A stretch of DNA of 64,000 nt, taken from contig NW_026864520.1 in assembly GCF_026571515.1 (NCBI RefSeq), forward strand, positions 310,001 through 374,000, in the 5' to 3' direction. Of the stretch, positions 25,929 to 38,890 are shown in pieces; the first letter of the stretch is position 1; each line of letters starts with the position of its first letter. The notes under the pieces were generated by a model that was not told where the DNA came from, searched no databases, and saw only the letters and a list, made by a program, of their open reading frames with translations. Both the position numbers and the translations under genes were made by a program. This DNA is from Ruditapes philippinarum (lineage: Eukaryota).

Positions 25929-28312
25929 AATGACAGCCTCCAATTAGAACAACCTCAATGTATCCAAACAGATCAAGGGGCGATTTCTGTTTTGGAAAAC
26001 CTATTGGAAAAAATACTTTGTACTATTTTCTTGGCAAGCGTGCAATGTTTGGCCTCAGTGATGGAATTTCAGTTTGAATATGAAAAATACTCCATCTTTG
26101 AAGTCTCTCTCCCGTTGTTTTATACATGCTGTTTTTGTAAAGTCCACTGGCCTTCAGACTCGTGTATTTGTTCTATTTATAGAAATCAATTCTGATGTCA
26201 GAAAATGAGTGGTAATTTTTAAAAGATGTACATGTACAAAGACCAATGTTAATTTGGAGTAGATTGTTGAATACTTGATTTTTTTTAAACTTCATTGACC
26301 TAAGAGATGGTTAAAAAATCTGTTCTACAATGACTATTGTTTTGAAGATTTTAATATAATATTAAGAAAGATTTTTATCAATGGAAAGTAAGAGCTAATG
26401 CAGTGAAGATACGAATAACATAATTGTACACCCAAGTGTTAAATTAAGACAGAGAATTTGGATAAGTTTGTACATGTGCGTGTTCTAGGTTTTAATAAGG
26501 GTCCATCTGTCCTTTCAGACACTGAGAGTACGGACCCCAAAGTTTGTACATAACATATGTATATAACGCCTATATTTATAAGATCAAACAAATGTTCTAT
26601 ACAAGAAACTGAAATCCATTTGTCCATTAGTTATGAATCTTCTTTCTTAATAAGCTGTTAAGTGATTCAAGATCAAAATTGTTATTAAAAGCAGAGCTGC
26701 CAAGTCTTTTTGAAAACTACTATGGACAAGTTTTAATGTAATTAATAGATAAAGGGAGGTAACTTAAATAGATTGTTGATTTTAAGAAAGTATTCAGTAT
26801 TGATAAATGTAGGAGCCAAGGGAGATGACTAGAGTTTTAAACTGTCTACTTAATGGTGAATCTCAGTTTCAAAGAACTTTTTGATTAAAACGATTTTTTT
26901 GTTTCATTGTTAAAATGATGAAATAGACACTTAAGTCTTATTTAATACATTGGTTTCTTTTACTGCTAACTTCATACACTTAAGATAATTTTGATATGTT
27001 GAAGAGCTGTATTTTCTGTTATAGAAAGACTATATATTGGTTGTCTTAAAACATTTTTATAGTGTTACTTCAGTTGATATGGCAATAATGTTACGACTGT
27101 TAATTGAAAAAAAAAAGCTTCAAAATAATCAGAAAATCATTTTTTAACTTTTAAATTCTCAAGATGATGTTGTAAGAACGGGTATTTATTTACAGTAAAC
27201 ATGGTTATAGCTTCAACTCAGATCTCAAAATGATTTTATAAAGTAGATTATTGATTGTAAAGAAAAAAATAAATCAATAAAAAAAACACACGCCACTTAG
27301 TGCTGGTTGTACATTAATCCTGTCACCAGGTCGGGGTCAATCGGGTCATCAAGTATCTTTGTGCTTTACGGTCAAACAATACCTTTTACTGCTTACTTTA
27401 AGCATTTTTGTGAATAACTTGAAATTTTGCAAGCTGGTTATGTTACACTAAGTGGTACAAAAATGTTGAAAAAATAATTTCACTCCTAGCTTGTCAGCAA
27501 ACCTCAGTGGTGTCCATTTAATTTAAGCAAAGAAAGACAGGAGTTGAAGATTATAAAGAATTTTTTTATTTTTTTATGTTAGAAACAGGCACAAAATGTA
27601 CACTGACCAATGAATATCCAGAGATGCAAGACCGCCGAGTATAAGGTTTTTAACATCGAGACTTATACAAATTTAGCAGGGCTAAGGTGAATATTGAAAA
27701 CAGACCAAACTTAGTGTTGATTTTTTTGTCCTGTTTGCTAGAGCCATGATTTACTGTATTTATTTATATTTATACTAACTTTTAAAGTGGTATATATGTT
27801 CATTTTTCAGTGAAATATGGATTGTATCTTATGAAGTAGTGAAAAAATTGCAAATATATTGTCACTAGTGCTGTGCAATAGTGAAATATAAACATTTACA
27901 ATTCATTGATATGAGATATAAAACATATTCATGTAGCATATTTTCTATTTATTGTATGTTATTCAATGATGAACTGTGTTTATTGTTTACAGTGGGTGAT
28001 ATTTTTCATATCTCATTGGACAATACCTTGTATTTCATTGATTAACACACATAAATTGTAGATATTTATACGTACTATATATAGCAACCATGTTGCTGAA
28101 CTGTAACGGCATATTTTCTTGCCATTAAAAAATAATCTTTCTAACAGAAACAAAAAACAACACAAAAACTTTCCATGAAAATATTTTGTAAAATAACAAT
28201 TTGATATATCACAAAGCTTCAAAATGCCTCCACTTTTATACATAATTATATATTATAATAATGTTATGTATATAATTCGCTTAAAGCTATCTCACTGTAA
28301 ATATTTGACATT

Positions 28313-28522
28313 TAAGGCCAATGTTATAATCCGGTTTGTTTACAGTCTCCTAATTGTCTAGATAATATCAATTTTCTTAAGAAATATGTGATTTTGTGTG
28401 TATGCATATAAAAGGGCAAAAGGTATAAAAGAGACCTTTTTTTGAAAATTAAGAGAAGTGGAAAAATGATTAGAAATATGGTCAGGAGACAGTACACAAA
28501 CATTATTTTAAAAGTGGCCTAA
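28313..28522. mobile_element. Decayed MITE downstream of the carrier stop
   Basis: TAAGGCCA...TTTGTTTACAGTCTCCT mirrored by AGGAGACAGTACACAAA...TGGCCTAA. Confidence 0.55.
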
Positions 28523-29537
28523 TATTTTATTTATTGTTTTGCTATATTTTTGATAAGCCTTTGCTATAGTCATGATAAGAAGTCTGATCTCTTATAAGAA
28601 ATTGACAGTGTTTCCCATTTTAAAATGAAAATTTTAGTTGGAATCTAAGAAACATATAATTATGTTCATTACATTGTGTTAATAATGAAAACAAATTATG
28701 ATACAATTGTTTTGATACCTTTTTGTTTTTCGACACAAATTTTCATTTATAATTGTTAGATCCTGAATTTTATGTAACTGAATGTGAAATTGAAAAATTG
28801 TTTTAAATTTTTTGACTAGATTAAAGATCTATATTTTTCTTTAAATTATAAGTGGTGTTTAGAAAGTTTATATCGTTGTAAGTTTACTTTAACTAGACTT
28901 AAAATGGAAAAGAAAAAAGCTTTTAGACTTTGGTCTGTATACATTTATATTTCGTGCCTTTAATGTAGATTTAAACTTTGAAATCCTTGGATTACTGTAT
29001 CGATTTTTTGATAAAATATGCATAAATATAGGATATCTGGTTAACACAAAAATGGTAGAAAATCTTTTCATTAAATGACAAATAGGGGGCTTTCTTTTCA
29101 TTGTAGGGAAAGTTTCTTTTTCAAGATTTCTTTTTAGCTGTATTTGATTAAATTTAACTATAATAAATGCATAATGAAAATGATTTATCATGAGGTTTTG
29201 TTTTTTTAAATCACATTTCATCTTTCTTTAAATGGAGAATGCATTAAAGAAATTTAAAACGATTGGAGTGAAATGTTTGAAATCATGCTGCAAAGCACAA
29301 TGCTGTCAATTTTTTATGTATGTATTTTCTCTGTAAATAAAATTGTTCTGACATTTAGCTTCACGCTGTTGTCACATTTAATATAAAAGCTAAGTTGCTT
29401 ATGTATTTTTTTATGCCCCTACATGGTATAATAATTTTATCATGTCTTTTTATTGGCCTCTATTGCAACAACTTAAAACTTGGCCACAACAACCTCAACT
29501 CATTTACTAGAGCTTTCATATGAAGAAGAAACATAAT

Positions 29538-29773
29538 TGAGCAGCATTACGGCAAAACCAACATAATGGGTTTGCGACCAGCATGGATCCAGACCAGCCT
29601 GCACATCCACACAGTCTGATCAGGATCCATGCTGTTCGCTATCAGTTCCTCTACTTGCTATAGGGTTTTAAGCGAACAGCATGGATCCTGATCAGACTGC
29701 GCGGATGCGCAGGCTGGTCTGGATCCATGCTGGTCGCAAACCCATTATGTTAGTTTTGTCATATCGCGGCTCA
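29538..29773. mobile_element. Palindromic MITE family A, copy 2
   Basis: About 100-bp arms, same sequence family as 24845-25088. Confidence 0.9.
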
Positions 29774-29878
29774 TATTTGTGTATGATTGCTGTACTTAAT
29801 GCATTGACAAATAAGTAACACTGACCTTTATGGTCAACATTCAGAAAAAGTTTGCCATATACTTTGTTATCCATTTAA

Positions 29879-30216
29879 AATGACATTATGCTCATTTCTT
29901 TTTCACTTGTCAAGTTTAGTTGAATTAGTAGTATATATTTCAAAAGATTGGCTTCTTTAATGATGTTTGATTATGGACAAATTGTGTATGATACAATATA
30001 AAAACACCTAAATTATTAAAAGGCTGTCCCCACTTTAGAAAAAAATAAAATTTATTGATACATTCTGGATGATATTTATAGAAATTTCCAATGGTAATGT
30101 ATATGATTAATTATTTTTCATGGTAAAATTTAAACATAGTTATTGTTAATTGTCAAATAATTTTCATTTTTAACCTCTTCAATGATCATTTACACTTGAA
30201 TGAGCATAATGTCACT
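29879..30216. mobile_element. TTAA-flanked (Kolobok-like) MITE family B, copy 1
   Basis: ttaa|AATGACATTATGCTCATT ... AATGAGCATAATGTCACT|ttaa. Confidence 0.75.
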
Positions 30217-32144
30217 TTAAAGATGTGGGACATGGACATAAGTGTTTTATAAACATGTTTTGTTGCTTATTTTTTGTCTTCTTGTTGTTGAAACAGAATG
30301 TTATATTTGAAATATTATAAACTGAAAGAAATAGGTATCTTTTTCTTGAAAGAGCTTTATTTGACAAAAGAATTTTAATCTCTGCTTTTGTTTTGTGTGT
30401 TACTAGACCAGTTGCTTTTTTTTTGTTTTTTTAAAGAAATTAACTGTTCAATATTTTAACTCAGAATTCTAGAGGACATTTGTCCAGGCTATGCAACTCA
30501 AAGGGAAAAGAAGGTCAGTTTGTGCTTTAGTACAATTGTGGCGTGTCCCACTGCATCAGTGCTGTGCCACTGAGCAAATATGAGTTGATATAAAAGGATG
30601 ATAATGTTGTAGTATCTGTTATTCTAATTTTAAGGATTAATGATAAAAAACTTTCAGTCCCGACAGCTCTGTTTACATAGAAATTTTTGTGATTAGGTCA
30701 AAACAGTTTAGGAAATTGTGATCAGATAGAAATGTCTATAAAATCTCTGCTTGTCAATTCACATTTATCTCATTAGTTTTTTTTTAATTTAAATATTTTT
30801 TAATTTCTTTAAAAGAATGACCATTTTTAGAGATGATCAGATATACTGATGTAATCAAAATTTGTTTATTTCTGTTGAAATAATGCCTATATCAGACACA
30901 TTTTATAATTACAATTTGTAAACTTTCGAATTTTGTAATCCAGGTAGATTTTAATTTTTTTACAAGAAAAGATTCTTTTGTTATAACATACATGGACAAT
31001 GTATATACTTAGATTGATTAGAGTTGTGATAAGCTTTTAAAGCGGCCTTCAGCTTTTATTTTCTGATTAATAAACAAGTCTGTGTTGATTCAAACTTATG
31101 TACTGAAGTAATTTTATCTCGGTAAGATGCATTAAAACACTGTTAAGCCTTCTTCAAAACAGTGACATTTGTTTATAAAAATTAAGGATTGGGAAACAAA
31201 TTGTTGGGTTTATTAAATATAAATACAGAGAACGGACCCGTAGATTAGAAGCATCGAGAGGTTTACGTATTGTTTATGTATTTTGTCATTGGCAAATTTC
31301 ATTTTTTGATTTGACAAATATATAAAATGATTTATTTAAAAGAACAAAAACTTATTTAACCTTTAGAAAATCTCAAGGCCGCTTTAATCAAATAGCTTAA
31401 AAGGTTAAGGATGATACTCACTCTGTGAGTAAACAACAAACATATTTTCTTACAAACACCTGATTCTTGAATGTTTTCATTTCACACTGTTGGGTCATCT
31501 GCTTATAGGTCTGTCATCCAGCAAGTTGTATTGTTGGTGGTAAATCTATAGCTATGATCAATCTCCAACGTGCAAGGTGGCTCTATTAAATGGTGGTGAC
31601 CCTTTTGTTTTAAATTAGCTATTTGTATTGTTCAAATAATTTAATACAAATTGCTTTATTCAGATTTTTTTTCTGTCTATTCAGTATTATCTATTCAAAA
31701 TCGATAGTTTGGTTTTAGTTATACTTGAGCAGCACCTTAGAATAGCACAGTCTCCAGCCATCTGTGTCTACATTTGATTGGATATCTAAATTTTGACATG
31801 CATTTGCTTTCTTTTTATAACAATGACTTTTATAAGATAATGGATGTTCAACTTTAAAATTGGCAACTTATCTGTTGTTTACACAGGCATGGAACAGTAA
31901 ATAATGAAGAATTTTTCTTTTTGTATGTTTTTGATTACTTAAATTGACAGTCTGTGTATTCCTAAGATTAGTAGTTGTAGAATTATTTATTTTACATTAG
32001 CAGGGTTAATTCTTGTAAAATAAGCTCAAGAATAAGATATTGAAAAATAAAGAACTATTTGCAAAATATCTGATTGTGTTGTATATTGATACCATGGTCT
32101 GTCCATTTTATACAATAACTATTTATAGATCAACAATGTAAAGA

Positions 32145-32515
32145 AGCTTCTGGAATGTGGATATACTAGTATGTGGGGATTTAATGGCATAATAATATTG
32201 TCTTCTCAAATGGGGGTATACCTGTAGTATAGGAATATGGTTCTCTGGGCAGAGGGATATTTTCTAGCATATGAATGTTACCTTCTCAAACTGGTATATA
32301 TAAATATTGTCTTTTGGAATGGGGAATTACTAGAAGTAAGAAAGTGGAATACCAGCATACGAAAATTGTTTCTGAAATGGGATAAAACCAATATATGAAT
32401 ATTGTCAACTTGAATGGGGGGGATATACATATACCAGTAAATGAATATTGTCTTCTGGAATGAGGATAATGTACAGCATATAAATATTGTCCTCTGGAAG
32501 GGAATATATCACCAT
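32145..32515. repeat. Degenerate ~40-bp minisatellite
   Basis: Recurrent ATRAATATTGTCYTCTGGAATGGGGA-like unit, roughly 8-9 diverged copies. Confidence 0.65.
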
Positions 32516-32886
32516 TGTTTTCAAATTTCCCTGCAAAAAGCAATTTTATTCATAGAAGTCTCAAGTAAACAGGGTGTTCACTAGCCATGAAATCCCGAGA
32601 ACGGACACCCTGAGTAAAAGAAGTCCATTCAATCTATGAACTTGCAGAACAGCAACCAGAGACTACCATGATCAGATAGGTGATCTTAGTCTGTATTGGT
32701 CACATGGAAAGAGCAGGTTATGGGTTAATCAAGACTAGCAATCTTAAAATATGTCATAACTGACTGTATAATGGATTCATAATAGCATTTGCTTGAGAGA
32801 GGAGATATTTTTAAAGGTTCAGAATAGTTCTTGGTGTTTTGAAAGTAATACATAAAGGAATACTACTGAGTAAGCTGTAAGGCTGT

Positions 32887-33120
32887 GGGTTTTATGTCAC
32901 ATCGCCACAGTTTAGGTCATATCGCGATGCTCCAGCTTTACTGGTGGAGGAAGACCTCGGGTGCACTTCCGTGCATTATTTCAGGCACCTGAGTAGAACC
33001 ACCAACGTTACGTAAGCTAGCTGGATAGCTTCCTCACAGTTCCTGTTGGGATTCGAACCCACAGCGGTGAGGGGCAAGTGGTTTGAAGTCAACGACCTTA
33101 ACCACTTGGCCATGGACACC
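32887..33120 (-). mobile_element. tRNA-derived SINE, near full length
   Basis: Minus strand reads TGGCCAAGTGGTTAAGG...GGGTTCGAATCCC (A and B boxes) plus a body shared with the copies at 45841, 47863 and 52936. Confidence 0.85.
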
Positions 33121-34174
33121 CAATGTCCAATTAAGATAGTGTATAGAGTTAATGTATGCAATTGTTATGAAACCTGTGAACAAAGGACACCCAAAAGAGA
33201 GACAAATAATGGTATTTACAGACAAGTTGTCTTTATTTGGAAGTTACCTTTCCTATTTTCTCAAATGGTCTTTATTCGCTCAGAGTCAGTCTTTAATCCA
33301 GGTTTGACTGTATATGAATGTATAAAGCAGCTGACCAGAATAAATGTCTGTCTTACCAGAAATCAATGGAGACTAAGTTAAATGCATGTCATTGATTGGG
33401 TCCAGAGTAATAATTGATAAGAGTATTCTTTTAAACAGTGCTGAAATATGACCAATAAGGTTACTGTGAATAAAACTGAAAGATAGTCACAAAGCAAATA
33501 TCATTAATTGCTGATATCAGATATGTATAATACTTTCATTGGAGCCCCTTGATCATTTTTGTTCTGTTTTTTCATCACTAATACAAATGTATGCAAATGA
33601 ATTTTATAGGTAAAGGGAGGTAACCATTTTTTCTTTTTAATTCCTTACAAGCACTTAGCAAAAGAATGAATTGACTGTTTAAATTTAAATGTGTTGTATC
33701 ATAGGCAAAATAAGAACACTTTCCCTGTTGTCACAATATGAAACCTCAGAATAATTCAGTATCTGATTAAAATTTTTCCACCATCCTTTTCCCTGTTGTC
33801 ATAATAAGTAAACCCCATAAAAATGTAGCTAATTAACTATGCTCTATTTTCATCCCTGGCAGACAGTCCTGTAAGTGGAAAGCAGATAAGTTGACAACCT
33901 GTGCATTTATGGGTATATGATTTAACTGACACATTTTCAATAGAAATGTCTCTAAACTATGATACAAGTGACACAAATTTCATTTCTAGCTTTATTATTA
34001 AAATTAACTTAAAACACTTTGATATTCAATTGTCCAGACTTAACATCTAAACATTCAATATACATAAATTATATATTGAGCACTTTTTACCTCAAATTCA
34101 AAAAGCACATTTAATATAAAGTGCAACATTCATAATTTATAGGTAATTAAACATTTGATCATTTTATAACCATT

Positions 34175-34410
34175 TGAGCTGAGTCATGACAAAACCAACA
34201 TAATGGGTTTGCGACCAGCATGGATCCAGACCAGCCTGTGCATCCGCGCTGTCTGATCAGGATCCATGCTGTTCGCTTACCTACTCTATTACAAGTGGAA
34301 AACTGACAGCAAACAGCATGGATCCTGATCAGACTGCACGGATGCGCAGGCTGGTCTGGACCCACGCTGGTCGCAAACCCACTATGTTGGTTTTTTCGTG
34401 ACGCGGCTCA
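34175..34410. mobile_element. Palindromic MITE family A, copy 3
   Basis: Full inverted arms TGAGC...GCGGCTCA. Confidence 0.9.
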
Positions 34411-34644
34411 TTTCATGATTATGGCAGTGCAAATAGCTTTCAAACATAAACTCAACTGTAAAACATTTATGGCAAACTGAATAACATTTCCCCCATTTCT
34501 TTCTGTATCAGCTACTAACACTTATATTTCATTATTCAAAACAACAGCATAAACTTTAGAGGCTTTAAACATAATTTTTATAACATACAGTTGTAAAATC
34601 AAACATACACCAAGTCTATTTTGAAAGAAAATAAGTAGGTGGTT

Positions 34645-34993
34645 AGTGACATTATGCTCATTATTTAATTGTTAAGTTGAGCTGAACTTATTACACCTTT
34701 CAAAACATTGATTGTTTTAATGGTGTTTGATCATCAATAAAAATTGGAAAATGTTAAGGATACAAAAATCTGCCCAAAATATAAAAAAAAGACTGCCCCA
34801 TTCTTTTTAAAATATTGAATGTCACATGTAAATTCCGATGGATATTTACAGGAAGTTTTTTTTCAGGCCATGTGAGTTATTTATTATTCGTGTGAAGTAA
34901 ATAATAAAATTAAAAAGAATAATGGCAAAATGTAACTTATTTGGTTTTCACCTGTAGACACACTATATACTTTAGGATGGGCATAATGTCACT
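34645..34993. mobile_element. MITE family B, copy 2
   Basis: AGTGACATTATGCTCAT ... ATGGGCATAATGTCACT; interior alignable by eye to 29879-30216. Confidence 0.7.
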
Positions 34994-35020
34994 AAGTTTT
35001 ATCATGATTTTTTTTCAACA

Positions 35021-35194
35021 CGCATCTGCGCAGTCTGATCAGGATCCATGTTGTTCGCTTACCAACTCTATTACAAGTAGAGAAACTGATAGCAAACAGC
35101 ATGGATCCTGATCAGACTGGGCAGATGTGCAGGCTGGTCTGGATCCATTGCTGGTCGCAAATGCACTATGTTGGTTTTGTCGTGACACGGCTCA
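35021..35194. mobile_element. Palindromic MITE family A, truncated copy 4
   Basis: Partial left arm and complete right arm. Confidence 0.85.
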
Positions 35195-35319
35195 AATTGT
35201 TTCTTAATTTCACAGGACTTTTGAAAAATGCTGAAATATAGAACTCATAACATGCTATCATGAATAAAAAAGTAACAGAACAGATGCAACAATCTAATAT
35301 CAAATGAATGTAATTAAAA

Positions 35320-35845
35320 TTAGTCTCTTATTTCTTCTAGAATTTTCTTTGTGTCGACGTGGGATTCCTTCTCCATTAAACTATCCAGTTGTTGGCTTTG
35401 TTTGTATCGTACATAAGCCCCTAGTGTAAAATTTGCAGCCATTAAAGCTGCCAAGCATCCACGTACATATGCATTTGTCTTTAATGCATGGTATATGTTT
35501 GGTTCAAATCTATTCCTAGGATTTGCATATGTGAAGTTTCTCCTTGATAATATAATACTGGTTAACGGAGCAAGTACAGAACTATATAACACAGAGGTTG
35601 CCACTTGAAAAACACCACTTCTCACCTGTAGGCACTCCCTACACTCAGGTTGTAAAAGCACCTTGGTCGACAAAAAATCATTCAATAAAAGAGTCATTAA
35701 GGTTGGAACAACCACTACTGGACCGTAACTAAACATCACTCCAAGATTCATTAACTGAAACTTTAACCGAAAATGTGAATTAATAGACATTGCAGTTAAC
35801 GCAGTTGAAGCTCCGAGTATATGTGGTGCAAATCGAAAAGCACTT
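35320..35845 (-). CDS. TMEM126A: TMEM126-like last coding exon
   Basis: Acceptor after a polypyrimidine tract at 35846-35847; stop TAA at 35320-35322. Confidence 0.88.
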
Positions 35846-37272
35846 CTGAAAAATGAAAAGAAAAAGAAAAGCTTTTTTGATAATTTAATAAAACTAATGA
35901 AACTTATGATATTAGGATATTTCAATTTCAAACAATTACTCACAATTTTCAAATATATATATTATTGATTTACTTTCAAGGGTATAAAGCTGTATCTTAT
36001 GAAATATTTTAATAAAATTCATTAACAGTATATAAATTATATTGATTCCATGGTCGATTCTCTCCAAAAAGTTAAAACATAGAATGTCTCTGTTATTTCA
36101 CACAAATGAATGCAGTACATAAACTGTATAATACAGAATAAAATGTTCAGACACAAAATTTTATTTTGCTATTTTATGTCGGATTTTATTTGTTCAGCAA
36201 TGACTTTGTGCATGCGCCATTCACTTTAGCCTAAAAATACCAAGATTAGAACTTCTTACATAGATCAGCTGGTACATTTAAAACAGATATGCGTAATATA
36301 GTTAAGAAATAAGCACAGCAATAAAATGCTATTCTTCTCCTGATTAGAGCAAAAACCCTTGCAACGATTTCAATTTAAGGCTTAATTATTGACCAGAAAC
36401 ATAATTTTCTATTTTTAGTAACAGTGACCTTGACCCCTAGGGTCCCAAAAGCACTTCCAAGTGAGGTCTTCACATAATCTTGCAACACACCAAATTTCAT
36501 TGAAAACATTTCATTTCTAACTGTAGTTATTCACTAGACAAATTTCTATTGTAACAATTACATTGACCTCCACCTAGGAAAAGTTTGATTTATATTGGTT
36601 AATCTGACTTTTAGTTATTGACCAGAAACCGTCTTGTTTGACACCCACTTGGCTAACAAACAGATTGAGACAGACAGAAACAAAGTTAATATGTTTTACC
36701 TTGGAAAAATTACTATGGTATAGCAACTTTCGACTACATAATTATATATGTAGTTTTATGTTGACTTCCAATTGGCAACTGAATGATTGATTAGCCTAGT
36801 GTTAAATGCTGTTATTATAAAAATAATAACTTGATAAATTTGGATTTTTCATTGCATAATGTTAAACGAATGGATTGTGAAAACTTTACACATGTTATGT
36901 CATATTTCTCTAAAGAACTCCATGAACAAAAACATACCATTTCACAATGATCAGCAAGACAAAGTGGTGGCGCATGGGCCTGTTTGGATGAAAACATAAT
37001 ACAAAGCTAATCGCCAGTCCCACTATATTGTATCCCTTTGCCTTATTAAAACCTTCCTATAATTCCCTGTAAGGGGATATGAATTTAGAAAGTTTACAGT
37101 ATGGCTATGCCAATGATACGTACATTTCAGAGATAGATTTACATCTTCTTATTCTAGCTTGTTGCATTGCTATAACATCCGACTGGGAAACCCTGATAGC
37201 TCCTCTAGGGACTTGTGACTTCTCTAACACCATAGGAACATACTTGATTTTCTTACTACTATCTTCAGCCAT
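35320..37272 (-). CDS. TMEM126A: TMEM126-family (DUF1370) mitochondrial inner-membrane protein, 224 aa, 2 coding exons
   Basis: Exons 37272-37124 (MAEDSSKK...SISE, AT|gtacgt) and 35845-35320 (tttcag|A) total 675 nt. Motifs INSHFR, CRECLQVRSG and LYSSVLAP plus four hydrophobic segments match the TMEM126 pattern (NSxFR, CxxCxxxRSG, LYxxxLA). Confidence 0.85.
37124..37272 (-). CDS. TMEM126A: TMEM126-like first coding exon
   Basis: Acceptor ttttgcag at 37286, ATG at 37272, phase-2 donor compatible with the next exon. Confidence 0.8.
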
Positions 37273-37665
37273 ATTTACCTCAAGTCTGCAAAATAAAAAA
37301 AACACATGTTGTCATCTTTGTGCAATAAAAAGTTAACATCTTTGGAAACAATATAGGAGTTAACATGTTACTTCACTAAGCGAAAGATTCATTATGATAT
37401 ATCACTAAGACATTTCATGCAAGTGCAAATAGTGTGAATTCACTTAAATTCATGAAAATGAAATTTTGTGCTTTTGTCACAAAGAAATTTTTGTGGGTAC
37501 TTAAATTAAGCTCTACACCTAAAACTTTTGGCTAGTTCTGTAATTTTAATGATATTATATTTTATTGCTACACATGAATTTAATCAAATTAATAGCAAGC
37601 TCGAAGAACTGGCCTGGAAGGCCTGCTCGCAAAGCAAGCTGTACGGTAACGCGAGTACCTGCTAG

Positions 37666-38392
37666 CATACATGCCATAATTTTTAGACTCATTTCCGGGA
37701 CACTTTTCATTTAGAGGTGGGGCATTGATCAGCAAACGTAATTTTTTTTAAATTTACATAGTGGCATACAACCTATATTACCGGTATTTACAACTTGCAA
37801 ATTTAAGGACACCATAAACAAAAGACAAAATGTCAATAATTATTAACAGTTTTTCTATCTTTTTTAAGTAGTTAGGCGTCGTAAATTCAATCAGTCACAG
37901 AATAGAATAAAACTATGTTAAGTAAGGACAATTAGCCATGTTGTTTACCTGAAACATTCGCTGAATTTTGTAGATTTCATAACCTCATATTTAGCGGTAA
38001 TTTTCACGGTGATTGACCACTAATAACCTGATAACTGCCTGCAGGCGGATTAAATTCATACTGGCCAGTTGTTAATTACAGTGTATGACACCTTCGCACA
38101 GGAAGCCACAGGGGGTAAACAATCTTTTAATTGATCAAAATAATTGCTGATAAAATGTTTGTTGGAAGGGGCACATAGATATACCAATCAAAGGATTAGT
38201 GTTGTAAGGGGATAATCATTGCTATTAGCGTTCCAGACTAGTTTATAAAAACTTGACAATAAAATTATATAAAAATGTAAAATTTCCTGCTTCAAAGTAG
38301 ATTATTTTAGATTTTTTTTTTACAGGGACCTAAAACATCTCCGAGACAGACACCTTATTTCCGGGACTTTCCCGGACAATATGGCATGTATG
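37666..38392. mobile_element. Non-autonomous DNA transposon upstream of the TMEM126 coding exons
   Basis: TIR CATACATGCCATA ... TATGGCATGTATG, subterminal TTTCCGGGAC motifs, imperfect 7-bp TSD (CTGCTAG/CTTCTAG). Confidence 0.75.
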
Positions 38393-38449
38393 CTTCTAGG
38401 CAGTGATGGTTTTGAAAACTTTCTTCCGAAGTACCGAATTGACACATCT

Positions 38450-38890
38450 CAACCTTTCAAATTACAAGATAACGATAAAAGCCAAGGTATTCTGATTGAA
38501 AACGGAAGCCTAGACTGGTGTCCTGTGCACTTATATGGGAACCTAGTCCTATAAATATGACGTCGCTTTGAGATATTTTTGCTTCTGGGCAAAGCAACGT
38601 CATATCGAAATTGCTCAAAAACCCATAGCATGTTCCGCCAGAAAATCGGGCGGAACGAAAAACAATGAAGACAGCGTGTATTTACATAATTTTTAACCTA
38701 TTTATGAACAAAACTTAAAAATAAATACCTTTTGTCAAAATAATTAAACTGTCATATCCGAAAAATCATGATTTAATCCTCTCATGTATTTCAATTCCTT
38801 TTACAGCCGATAAACAAATGGCGGCCGTAAAGTGCGCGAAATCTGATTGGCTAATTCAAATGCAAGCGTTTAACTGAGTCAGAACAATCT
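38450..38890 (-). promoter_or_regulatory. Probable TMEM126 promoter and 5' non-coding exon region
   Basis: CpG-rich; candidate donor AAG|gttgag near 38453; motif cluster AAATGGCGG (YY1-like), GCGCGAAA (E2F-like), ATTGG (CCAAT) and ATTCAAA (CHR-like) at 38815-38860. Confidence 0.4.

Noticed and set aside
24844-34365. ORFs with RTAWILIR / GLRPAWIQT peptides (24844, 29692, 34159) and SINE-derived ORFs (22919, 32976, 33034, 33046)
   Set aside because: They lie within MITE or SINE copies; the recurring peptides reflect the repeat.
35846-35952. N-terminal part of the 210-aa ORF (MKIVSNC...FFFFSFFR)
   Set aside because: This is intron and polypyrimidine tract; the real N-terminus comes from the exon at 37272-37124.
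37940-37955. Strong minus-strand donor CAG|gtaaac as the TMEM126 first-exon boundary
   Set aside because: It lies inside the 37666-38392 transposon; exonisation cannot be supported without transcripts.
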